From the NCBI GenBank assembly GCA_965644315.1, contig CBFFRQ010000031.1, positions 62,001 through 126,000 of the forward strand: DNA of 64,000 nt. The letters run 5' to 3'. The notes under the pieces were generated by a model. The model was not told the DNA's origin. It saw only the letters and a program-made list of their open reading frames with translations, and made no database searches. Positions 1 to 10,528 of the stretch are shown here, one piece after another. How positions within the stretch are numbered: position 1 is the first letter of the stretch; every line of letters starts with the position of its first letter. The stretch is from Caecitellus pseudoparvulus (lineage: Eukaryota; Protista; Bigyra: Bicosoecida). Both the position numbers and the translations under genes were made by a program.

Positions 1-2402
1 ACGTGACAAAGTGCCCCACAGGCGAGCCTGTGAGCGCGTACAGCCGCATGAGCTGCAGCTTGAGCTGGAAGTTGTGCTCGCTTGCGTCCAGCGCCAGCTC
101 GCACAGCGCAATGGCTTGGGTCAGGATGGACAGGGCGGCCTCCTTGTCACTTGTGTCCTTGATGCGGGCGCTTGCGCATCGCACCATGGCCTCGCTGGCC
201 AGCAGTGGCAGCTCGTCCCCAGGCAGCACGCCTCGTTGAGCGGCCTTGGCCTTGTGAGTGCACAGGCAGAATCGCCACGTAGAGCTCAGTGCGCACGCAC
301 ACTGCCACCATGTGTCGGCCGTTGAGTCGGCCGTGCTGCTGGCGTCCAGGGCCTGAGGCAAGCAGTCCACAAGAAGCGACAGGTGAACTGCCGTGGTGAA
401 TGTCTGGATGCCACGCGTGGCAGTCAGCACTGCATCGGGGACCGCCCCGCTGCTTTCACTTGCCTCCCCATCACCTGAACCTGACGCAGGGGCCGCTGCA
501 AGTGCCTCGGTGACTGCCTGCACTGTGGCTTCAGTGGGGCGCGTGTCGCGGGCAATTTGTGCCAGGCATGTCACAAGAGCCGTCCGGGCTGCAGGTGGAA
601 GAAGCCCCGGCGCAAACGTCCCGTTCCACGCCAGCGCAAATGCTGGCGCGCCTTCTGCAGCCGCTGAAGGCTTGGAGGCCCAGCCAAGCCAGCCGGGGCC
701 AGCTCGTGCCGCCCTGGCATACCGGCGCAGTGGCGAGAAGGGCGTCGCGACGGGGCTGGCTTTCACACAGCCGTCACCCCGCATCACGTCTTCAGCCACG
801 GGAGGGTGAGTGGAAAGAGGCCCCCGCTCAGACAGACTTGGTGCTTGCGAAGCGCCGCCTCCGCCCGCCCCGGCACTTGCGCGGGCCTCCGTCCACGGCG
901 CCAGCAGCGTGTGCAGGTCAGGCACGGCACACGCCTTGTGCGCGAAACCCTCCAAGTACTTCACCAATGCCCCTGTTGCCTTGCTCCATGGCTCTCCAGA
1001 GCAAGTGAAACTCGTGAGGGCTCCGGAGAGAGTGCCACTGGGCATCACCGACCACGCAGCTGCCAGCTGGGCCGCCACCGGACTGCCCTCGGCGCTGGTA
1101 CAGGCTTGCTCAGCGTGCAGCATGCGCAGCGCGATGTACACTAGGCCTAGCAGGGGCCCACGCCCCGCAGACGCCTTCTTCTCGGAGAGGTTCGTCAACA
1201 ACACAACGCACGCCGCGAGGGAGGGCCGGGCGTCGGCCATCCCAGAGCCCAGAGCCTGTGCTGCTGCATGCACTTGGGCGCCGGTAGCATCGGCGGGAAT
1301 GCCAGGGGGTGTGAGCAGCGCCGCCAACTCGGGCGTGAGCTCAGCCGCACAGCCCAGCTCCGCGCACATGCACGCGGCCTCCACCAGCCCCGTGACGTAC
1401 GCCCAGTCATCGCCGTCCACCACCAGAAGCAGCTGCACGTACGTTACCCACGCTTCACGCCACTGGCCAGCGGCACATTGCAGGTCGACTCGCTCCCGCA
1501 GTAAGTCTGCCGGCTGCAGGACCTGCCCTGCTCGCTCGGAGTCGTCCGCGGCGCTGTCGGATGTGGGCAGCCATCCTCGAGCTGCCTCCGCCTTCTCCCT
1601 GCGCGCCAGCAGCTCCAAGGCCTCTGGGAAGGAGCCCTGGCGACGCAGCGTGTGCACGGCGAGGGAAAAGACAGACGCCGGCACAGAGGTGAGGTCGCTG
1701 TGGCCCTTGGACAGCATCATGCTGGACAGCCGCAGAGCCATGCTGGCGGGTTTGGGCAGCGGCGCGTGCAGCGGCTCCGAGCCGAAGGCACCAGCGACGG
1801 CCCGGGTGGCCACCAAGTGGCCTGTCAGCGCGGCCCACACAGCAAACGTGGGGTCGTCACTGCGCTTGAACAGCTGCATGGACAGCTTCTGCATGTCCGC
1901 CAGCTTGCCAGTGTTGAGGTAGCAGAAGTGCAGCTCCTTGTGGAAGCCCTCGGAGTCGGGGCAGGCCTGCACCGCCCCCTCCATGAGCCGCGTCGCTGCA
2001 TCTGCATCCCCTGAGAACCGGAACACTGTCATGAGCGCAGTGAGGATGCGCTCGTCAGTGGGCTTGGACTCCTGTGGGAAAGGGCGCCGGAGGCGCGTGC
2101 AGCAGCACTGAGCTGGTCGCCCTCACGCCGGACACGACACACCGCGACTTCAGCAGCCAGCACTGCCGCCTCCTTCTTCATGCCAGAGCGTTCGTAGGCG
2201 ACGGCCTTGATTGCCTGCGCAGCGGGGCAGCCCGCAGCCAATGCTGCGCCAGTCGGCCAAGCGCCAGCGACAGCGCTCTCACCTTTGCAAGGGGATTGTG
2301 GACCATCTCACGCGCATCGCACAACTTCACCACCCGGGCGAAGTTGTTGGCATCAAGTGCGTCATATATCGGCTGGAACTTCTTCCGGCTCTTCTCTGCC
2401 AT
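1..2402 (-). CDS. NAA25: NatB auxiliary subunit NAA25/MDM20-like (3' end runs off the window start)
   Basis: ATG at 2402; GT-AG introns 2282-2215 and 2142-2072. The spliced N-terminus (FQPIYDALDANNF..AKAIKAVAYERSG..EVA-ESKPTDERIL) and the downstream ASEHNFQLKLQLMRLY match NAA25 motifs. Exon 3 and the motif near base 50 are in the same frame. Confidence 0.85.
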
Positions 2403-2823
2403 GGTGCACGGCTCCTTGACGCGCTTCGCTCAGGCACGCCCCTGAGATGGTGTGTTCAGGTCACCTTCTGTGTCGCACACACGCAGCACAGCAGAACAGG
2501 GCGCGGGTGGTCGCAGGCCCTGTGGAAGGCACAAGCGGGGGGGTGGGGGTGGGGTAGGTTTTGACAACGCAGCGGAGAGGATTCCAGGCACATACAGTTG
2601 CTGAGGCAAATTCCGCAAGCAAGTCACGCAGGATTGTGCCAGCGCACACAGCGCGAGCAATTGACAGCATGCGTACAGATCTGCCTAACCACAGGACATA
2701 ACTATCGTTACGATTGCGCCCCCCTGCTTGCACTGTCTGTTACATGCTTAACTAGGTCCTGCAGGCTGCCTTGTGTGTGGACTGGGCGTGCTCAGCTTGC
2801 TGCAGCTGCAGTGCACTTGCAGC

Positions 2824-4035
2824 ATGGACGCTGTGGGCGACGCTTTGCTCTACACGGGTGCAGCGCTGCTGGCCTGTGCGGCGGTACCCTTTGCGGTGTG
2901 GCTGTGGGCTCAGGTGCAGGGGGCTCGTTTGCAGGCACTCAGCAAGTCCGCGCTGGTGGAGGCGGGCAGCCCTGACGGCACACTGGTGCCAGGCGCGCCC
3001 ACGCCCCTCCCAGCCTTCCGCACGCCGGGAGGCACGCCCTTCCTCGCCTTCTCCCAGTACGAAGCCAACGTCTTATTGCATGAGATGTACCACGGCAGCA
3101 CTGAGTCCCGCGTGCACGCCACTGGCCTGCACCGCTGCGGCACACAGTCCCCACTGGTCGTGGACGTTGGCGCCAATGTGGGCACCTTCACGCTGTGGAT
3201 CAAGGAGCAGTTCCCCCGCGCCCGCGTGCTGTGTGTGGAGGCCCTCCCGCCCACTGCAGCGGTGTTGCGCTCCAATCTGGCCGCTGCAGGGCACTCAGAC
3301 GTGGTGGTGGTGCAGAGCGGGGCCGGGTCCAGCAGCAGCCCTGACGCGGTGTTCACCTTCTCCCCCGGCATGTCAGTGGGGGGGGCCTCCCTCAGCGGCC
3401 AGACATCCATGGATGCGGCTGCCGCCCACTCTGCAGCCACACCAGGCCTCCTCGCCACCCTGTCGGACGTAGCGGTGGATGTCCGCCGCACCTTCGCTGA
3501 GGTGGCCACTGCGCCAGCACCCACCCGGGCCCAGGCCAAGCCGGCCGAGCTGTACACGGTGCTGCAAGAGGACGGCAGTGTGGCGCCAGGCGCGGCAGCT
3601 GGGCGGCTCGGCGGCACGCTGCAGGAGCTGGGTCGGTGGGGCATGCTGGCAGGGCAGTTGCTGCCGCTGCTCCTCATCAAGCAGCAGCACCGAGTGCCCA
3701 TCGCCACACTGTCCTCCATCCTGCAGGAGCACGGCCATGCTGTGGGGTGCGGAGATGGGGACGTCATCGACTTCCTCAAAATCGACGTGGAGGGCGCTGA
3801 GTTGGAGGTGCTGGCGGGCATCGCGGAGCGTGACTGGCTGCGCACGCGGGGGGTCATGGTGGAGGTGCACGACGCCGACGGGGCGCTGGACACTGTTGTG
3901 GACACCCTGCACAGCCGTGGCTTCCACGTCAAAACTGCCCAAGAAGTGTGGCGGGTGCACACGCGCCTGGGCATCTACCTTGTGTACGGGACGCGGCCGG
4001 AGGGGTGGCAGCCCCCCCGCCCCCACACACAGTGA
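2824..4035 (+). CDS. FkbM-family SAM-dependent methyltransferase with N-terminal membrane anchor
   Basis: Motifs VVDVGANVG, VLCVEALP, IDFLKIDVEGAELEVL and VMVEVHD; hydrophobic N-terminal segment; no intron needed. Confidence 0.85.
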   Translation: MDAVGDALLYTGAALLACAAVPFAVWLWAQVQGARLQALSKSALVEAGSPDGTLVPGAPTPLPAFRTPGGTPFLAFSQYEANVLLHEMYHGSTESRVHATGLHRCGTQSPLVVDVGANVGTFTLWIKEQFPRARVLCVEALPPTAAVLRSNLAAAGHSDVVVVQSGAGSSSSPDAVFTFSPGMSVGGASLSGQTSMDAAAAHSAATPGLLATLSDVAVDVRRTFAEVATAPAPTRAQAKPAELYTVLQEDGSVAPGAAAGRLGGTLQELGRWGMLAGQLLPLLLIKQQHRVPIATLSSILQEHGHAVGCGDGDVIDFLKIDVEGAELEVLAGIAERDWLRTRGVMVEVHDADGALDTVVDTLHSRGFHVKTAQEVWRVHTRLGIYLVYGTRPEGWQPPRPHTQ

Positions 4036-4196
4036 CAGGGCGGCAAAATGCAGTGTTCCCACCTGCGCCCTCTCCCAAGGCGCCACCGCAATGACTTCCT
4101 TGCGCTCACCAGGACGCCTGCCAGACGCTACACAGTTTGCAGCGAGCACGCCACGTGCCGCCTGCACCCAGTGTCCTGGCAGCGACGGCCACCATC

Positions 4197-5064
4197 ATGA
4201 CTGATGTCACGCCGCTGCGCCTGGCATGCCGGCGCTCCCCGCCCTCCCTGGCTTGCGTGTATGAGAAGGGCGGCCAGCGCTACATGCACTCCGTGCGTGT
4301 GCGAGTGGAAGGCCAGGTGAGGTGCAGGCGAGAGTCCGCTTCTGCAGCGCTGTATGTGCACCTGCACCCTGACCATGCCGCAGAACCCGACCCGCATCGC
4401 ACAATCTTTGAAGCGGAGGTACCCAGACTTGTACGGCCCCATCGCGCTGCACCAGGTGCGTGCGAGGCAGCTCTGGCGTTACGCACAAGCAACGAAACGC
4501 CAGCCGCCCCCGTACGAGCACACGAGTCTGCAGATTCAGCGCACGCACTGCAAGCGCTCCCCGTATTTTCAGATGACACGCATCATCGCTGCCCTGTTCA
4601 GTGGTGCTGATGCCCCTGGTGGCCCTGGGTCGCGCGGGGGCGGCGGCACGTCGGCTCAGTTCGGAGACCTGCAGCGCGTGGGCCCTGCAGCGCTGGCCAA
4701 GGCGAAGATGGTGATGGAGCAGGGCTTCCAGGCGAACCAAGTGAAGCCCGGCGATGCAGAATTCGAGTACGACAAGCGGGTGGACTTCGTGCCCGAGGAA
4801 GACAACGCCTGGGACGAGGACAGCACAGAGGACGCATCTCCAGCCGTGCCTGCCGCACCTGCCCCAGCCAGTGGAACTGCCGTGGCGCCAGCTCAAGACG
4901 CGCCTTCCTCCTACACACCCAGCTGGATGGCCGCAGGTGGGGACGACGCCGCCTCGGACGGCAGCGACCTGAGCCTGGGCGACGCCGAGGACCTGCCCGA
5001 CGGCGACGGCGGCAGCAGCGACGGCAGCCTGGACAGCGACCTGGATGTGGACGACATCTACTGA
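4197..5064 (+). CDS. CEP19: Centrosomal/ciliogenesis protein CEP19-like
   Basis: Exons 4197-4316, 4384-4455 and 4573-5064. N-terminal PLRLACRRSPPSLACVY; C-terminal GDLQRV...KAKMVMEQGFQANQVKPGDAEFEYDKRVDF..WD; acidic tail. Confidence 0.8.
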
Positions 5065-5136
5065 GGGCCTGGCGCGGAGCGCACAACCCCACCGATGAAT
5101 TCATAGGCCCGGCGATTTACCGGCGCCATGCAGCAC

Positions 5137-8100
5137 TCACGAGGAGACGGCCAGGGGCTGGCCCTCGACAGCGTCTGCCTTGGCCAGCTCTGCCGTGGCG
5201 GCGGCGGGCGGCGCAGCGGCGCCCACAGGCGCCTTGGCGCTGCCGCCCAGGGCGCCCTGGAAGATGGTGTAGTCCAGGTAGTGGTCGGCGAAGTCCGTCT
5301 CCCTGTCGCTGACAGGGATGAAGCGCATGCCGATGCCGACGATGAGGGAGAGGGCGCCCAGGCCCATGGAGGCGAACCAGTGCTCGGCAGAGAGACCAGA
5401 GGTGCGGGTGAAGTCGCCGCCCACCTCCACGATGAACACCTGCAGGATGATGGTGATGACGATGACGCCGATGAAGAGCATGTTGGTCTCCAGGCCAGCG
5501 TACACGTTCCACTCGTCCCCGATGCTGCGAGCGTTGAACTCGTTGAAGAGCTGGCAGAAGACAAAGGCGTTGAAGAGGAAGGTGTTCAGGTACACCGTGT
5601 CGCTGGTGTTGATGGAGGAGGGGCGGTCGATGCCAGTGCCCATGAAGACGAGGAGGATGATGAGCTGCAGCACGGACTGGGCGGCGATGTTGCGCATCAT
5701 CTGGGGACTCAGCAGGGGCGCGCTGGCCACGAAGGGCTTGCGGTCCAGCATGGACTCGGTGGGCTCCTCTGTGCCCAGGGCCAGGGCACCCAGGGAGTCC
5801 ATGATGAGGTTCACCCACAGCATCATGACGGCGTTGAGCGGCGGCTCGGCGCTGGGGATGCAGGCGCCGATGAAGGTGATGATGAGGGCCACGACGTTCA
5901 CGGTGAGCTGGAACTGCAGGAACTTGCAGATGTTGTCGTAGACGCAGCGGCCCCACTTGACGGCGGTGACGATGGAAGCGAAGTTGTCGTCCAGGATGAC
6001 GATGTCGGAGGCGCCCTTGGCGACGTCCGTGCCCATGATGCCCATGGACAGGCCCACGTCAGCAGCCTTGAGGGCGGGCGCGTCGTTGGTGCCGTCCCCC
6101 GTCACGCCCACGACGGGCTTGAACAGGGAGCCGGTGCCAGGGCGCGTGTTGGCAGCCACCCACTCATCGTAGAAGCCAGGGGAGAGGTTGCGCTGGTTGG
6201 CCTCGGTGAAGTCGGCGCCGGGGTGGTCCTTCTTCCACTCTGCCTCCGTGCGGGGCAGGTTGCCGTTCAGGCGCTTGACGAGCCAGTTCTTGTCCTCGGG
6301 GGAGGAGCGCGCCATGACCTGCAGGTTGGGCAGGATGGCGTCGATCTGGGCGGGGGTCATCTTGCGGAACTCGGGGCCCTCGATGACAACGCCGCCGTCG
6401 GTGAGGATGCCGCACTTGCGCGCGATGGCGGTGGCAGTCTTCTTGTTGTCGCCAGTGACCATGCGCACGCGGATGCCGGCGCGCTGGCACGTCATGACGG
6501 CCTCCGGCACGCCCGCTCGCAGGGGGTCGTAGATGCCAGACAGGGCGCTGAAGACGAGGCAGTTCGAGGCGGAGGTGACGTAGCCCTCCTCCCCCGTGCG
6601 GGACACGTCGAAGGAAGGGTCCCAGTTCTCCACGGCAAGGGGGTTCACGAACCAGTCCTGCTGCGTCTCCTGGAAGAAGGCGGCTTCGATGGCATGCGGC
6701 TTCAGCCCGCCAACGCCAGCCGCCCCGCCGGGCCCCGCCCCCTCCTGCAGGCGCTCAGCAGGCACAGGCTGGTACCCCGGCAGGTCCTCCCAGGTGGCGA
6801 TGTCGCGGTAGGCGTAGGCGAGGGTGCGCAGAGCGCCCTCAGCCATCTCGTCCTGCCACGTCTTGATGGTGGTGCGGTGCAGCTCGGACAGGGGCTCCAC
6901 CGTGCCGTCCGCGTGCTTCCAGTCGGAGCAGCGGGTGAGGACGAACTCGGGGGCACCCGTGACGTACACGCGGGCGACGGGGCCGCCCTCCTTCGCCGGC
7001 AGGCGCACGACGACTGAGGACATCTTGCGGTCAGAAGTGAACTGGTGGCGCTTCAGCACCATGCCGTCGGCATCGGCGGCCTTCTGGTAGGCGCGGGTGT
7101 CGTAGCCAGAGGCCTCAGCGAAGAGCAGGCCAGCGCCAGCGGTCTTTGAGTTCTTGACCTCCTTCAGGCCCTGGTCCCGGGCGGCCTGGTCCTCAGGGTC
7201 CTGTAGGAAGGCGTTGGTGTTCAGCATGAAGGCCTGGATGAGGGAGTCGGCCTGGTCGGCCTCTGCGACGGCCTGGAAGAGCGGGTTGGCCTCCTTGGCC
7301 ACTGGGGCCTTGTAGTCCAGGGCCTCGGTGTCCAGCACGGCGGCGTTGGGCAGGGCCAGACGCACGATGGTCATCTCGTTCTTGGTCAGGGTGCCAGTCT
7401 TATCGGAGCAGATGTCCGTGGCGTTGCCCATGGTCTCGCAGGCGGCCAGGACACGCACCAGGTTCTGGTCCCGCATCATCTTCATGGTGGAGTAGGCGAG
7501 GGAGATGGTGACGGCGAGGGGCAGGCCCTCGGGGATGGCCACCACCACCACGGTGATGGCGATGATGAAGGCCTCGATGACGACGTCGGCCCACTCGCGG
7601 CCGGAGGCGTTGTCGTGTGCCACGGCGAAGTTGATGATGGTGGCGATGAAGGACAGGATGGCCACGGCAGTGCCGATCTTGCCGATGGTGCCCACCATGG
7701 TGTTCAGCTTCTCCTGCAGGGGTGTCTCCTTGTCCTCCTGCGCCGTAGCCTTGCGGATGCGGCCCTGGATGGAGAACTGCCCCACTGCAGTGGCCACCAT
7801 GCGCGCCTTGCCAGACACCACTTCCGTGCCGGAGATGAGCATGGGAGACGTCTCGGGGTTCACCAGGACCTCGTCAGACTCGCCCGTCAGGGAGGCGTTG
7901 TTGGTCTTGCAGCTCTCCGAGTACAGGCAGATGCCGTCGGCAGGCACGCGGTCACCGTTGGACAGCTCGATGATGTCTCCCACCACCACCTCCGTGACGG
8001 GACGAGACACCTTCTGCCCATCGCGGAAGACAGAGGCGGTGGACTTGGTGTCGCCCTCCTTCTCCAGCTGCACGAACTGCAGCTGTTTCTGGTAATCGTT

Positions 8101-8801
8101 GGTGGCCGTGACGAGGGACACGACGGCAACAGCAATGAAAATGGCCACACCCTCGACCCAGGCGTTTTCGCCAGAGTGGACTGTCTCGTAAATGCCGATG
8201 CCAATGGACACGGCAGCAGCAATCATGAGGATGATCAGCGTCTCGTCTTGCAAGGACTCGATGATGAGCTCCATGAAAGCTGAGAACGGGGGGCGCGAGC
8301 GCGGTGAAGTGAGGTAGGGGCAGGGAGAGGAGTTGCGGCACTGCACTTGCACCGGCGCGCGTCAACGCTTGCCGCACGCCCGCACGCCTGCACGTACACT
8401 TCAAGGGGCGGGATGGCATGACGTTCTCGTGAAACCTGTGAATGAAATGTCAGCCGCTCAAATGCATCCTGTGCGAGGCATCGGAACTGCACCCGCAGTG
8501 GGCGCACTTACACCTCCACACGGCTGGAGACAGAGGACGCAGGAATGCCATCTTCCTCATGCGCCTTGAGCTTCTCCAGGAGGCCCTCTTGGCCACCGTA
8601 CTCCTGCAGTGCTGCCAGGTTGGCCGCTTCTTGTCCCAGTTGGTTCAAGCGGCAGAGCTGGGCCACAGACAGCCCATACGGGGCGTGCACCTTGTTGTCC
8701 GCCTCAGAGAAGGCCAGGTCAGCAACCTGCACTTCATCATCGTCTTCGTCGTCAGACTGGGCCTTGGACTTGCCTGCCTCGGGGTCGGCGGGGCTTGGCA
8801 T
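5137..8801 (-). CDS. P2B-type (PMCA-like) Ca2+-transporting ATPase
   Basis: Motifs LTGES, VAIPEGLPLAVT, ICSDKTGTLT, MVTGDN, TGDGTNDAPAL, KFLQFQLTVN and LWVNLIMD. Two 5' introns (first donor at 8511) give ...RPLKSFMELIIESLQDETLIIL. Confidence 0.95.
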
Positions 8802-9237
8802 GGCGAACGGGAGAGCTGCAGGCACTTGCGGCGTTGCACTGCGCACACAGCCGCGCGATGTCCCGACGTGACCGGACAACGCTCACGCTCTACGCAGGAG
8901 CACGGCGGGGTTGGAATGAACTAAGATAGCCTGGACGAAACCAGGGGGTAAATTAGAAGTGCCTGCGTGCTGCTAGTTGCGCGCAGTGGGGAACTGCTCG
9001 CATCCGGAGCTGCAGACGAGCGGTATGTTTCGACTACCACGCAGCGACTACACTGACGGCACTTTCGAATTGACCAGTCTCGAAACATGATTCAGACTCA
9101 GAGTCCAAGTGGCGAGACTGCCAGCCCATCGACGCTTGCCTTCCAAGGGCAACGAAAGGGTCTTCCGGGCTGGGCAGCTTCCAATTTCCGCAACCTGCGC
9201 AGTGGCAAGCAGCCTTCCCTGCCTCACATAGAACGTC

Positions 9238-10446
9238 ATGGACGCTGCTCAGCGCGTGCCCGGTGTTTCCTGTACGCGCGAAGTTGCTGTGCACCCTCGG
9301 AAAGACCTGACTATCACTCTTCTGGCTGTGCCGGCAGTGCACGTGCCTGGCGCAGCGGCCCTGGCAGACCGGCTGGCAGACGTCAAGCCAGACGCGCTTG
9401 CCGTGCCCATGTCTCGCCGCGCCGCCATGCTGACCTTTCCTGGGCAGTGGCTGCGCTTTCGTCCGCCTCCTGTGTCCCAGACCCTTTCTCCAGAGTGGCC
9501 TGGCTTCCTGGCGTTGGCCCAGCGTGCGCTGCAAAGCCAGCTCAACGCGGCTCTCCGAAGCGCTCTGCCCGGCGCGTGTGCCTCGCCCGCGACAGCAGCC
9601 GTGCACTGCGCCCTTGCCGCGGATGTCCCAGTCTTTACAGTCGGCCCCTCTGATGCTGCGGCAGCCGTGGGTGTGCACAGTGCCCTGCCCCCCCACCTTG
9701 CCGCCTTAGCAGAGCACACCTCACCAGCGCAGGTGTGGCGAGCCCTGGCCTTCGCCAACCGGCGCGCGCTGGCTGGTATGGTGCAGGCTGCAGGGCAGGC
9801 ACACCTGCACAAGCTTCGACAGCAGCCCTCCCGCCACCCTGCCCTGCCCAGCTGTGAGGCAGTGCTGGAGGTGCTGCCCGCCGTCATCGCGGGCGGGCCC
9901 GGCGCGCCACCACCCCCCGCTCTGGCGCAGCTGGCACGCCACTTGCAGCGGGCTGTGAACGCCCTTGAAAGCGGCCCTGGCGCCCCAGCACCCCATGAGC
10001 GCCACGTGACAGCGCTGGCAGGCGACCTGCTTTCCTGCAGCGGGCACGTCGTGTGCACTGTGGCACCCGGTACGTTGCCTGCGCTGGCACGTGCTCTTGA
10101 GTCCCCATTGCACAGTGCACAGCACGTGCAGGCCTGCACAGTGCCTGCTTCATGGAGGTGGCGCCACACCCTCGTCCCGGCAGCCGCCTGTTCGGGGGTG
10201 CTGGGGCTGTTGGCAGGGGCGGTGGCGCTGCGACGCACCTCACGTCTGGCGCGGGCAGTGCTGTGGACCACTGCGCTGTGCCTGCCGCCAGTTGTGGGGG
10301 TGGGGGTGCTAGTGCCCTTTGCTGTGCATGCGAAGCTGTGCGAGGATGTGGCGCGGGCCGCAGAGCTGGGACGGCAGTTTGCGGAAGACCCTGCTGCGCT
10401 ATACGAGGCGGAGGAAGCGTACGCCGCCCACGCCGGCGGCCGGTGA
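9238..10446 (+). CDS. Divergent TraB-domain-like membrane protein
   Basis: ITLLAVPAVHV..LADRLADVKPDALAVPM resembles the TraB N-terminus; HERHV..LLSCSGHVVCTVAPGTL resembles the TraB C-terminal motif; two C-terminal hydrophobic segments. Confidence 0.5.
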   Translation: MDAAQRVPGVSCTREVAVHPRKDLTITLLAVPAVHVPGAAALADRLADVKPDALAVPMSRRAAMLTFPGQWLRFRPPPVSQTLSPEWPGFLALAQRALQSQLNAALRSALPGACASPATAAVHCALAADVPVFTVGPSDAAAAVGVHSALPPHLAALAEHTSPAQVWRALAFANRRALAGMVQAAGQAHLHKLRQQPSRHPALPSCEAVLEVLPAVIAGGPGAPPPPALAQLARHLQRAVNALESGPGAPAPHERHVTALAGDLLSCSGHVVCTVAPGTLPALARALESPLHSAQHVQACTVPASWRWRHTLVPAAACSGVLGLLAGAVALRRTSRLARAVLWTTALCLPPVVGVGVLVPFAVHAKLCEDVARAAELGRQFAEDPAALYEAEEAYAAHAGGR

Positions 10447-10528
10447 GGGCAGGCAGGGAACAGAATGAACTGGATTGATTCACACACATGCGGCGGCACG
10501 CGCTGCCGGAGCAGCCGCCTGCCCGCCC

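Noticed and set aside
5128-8283. Long + strand ORFs opposite the Ca2+-ATPase (similar cases at 810-1922, 29524-31026, 43546-44592 and 59391-62138)
   Set aside because: These are typical antisense ORFs produced by high GC3 codon bias and carry no independent motifs.
8802-9237. Possible tRNA or snRNA in larger spacers (also 2403-2823 and 24760-25100)
   Set aside because: I could not identify a cloverleaf, A/B boxes or an Sm-site context by eye.
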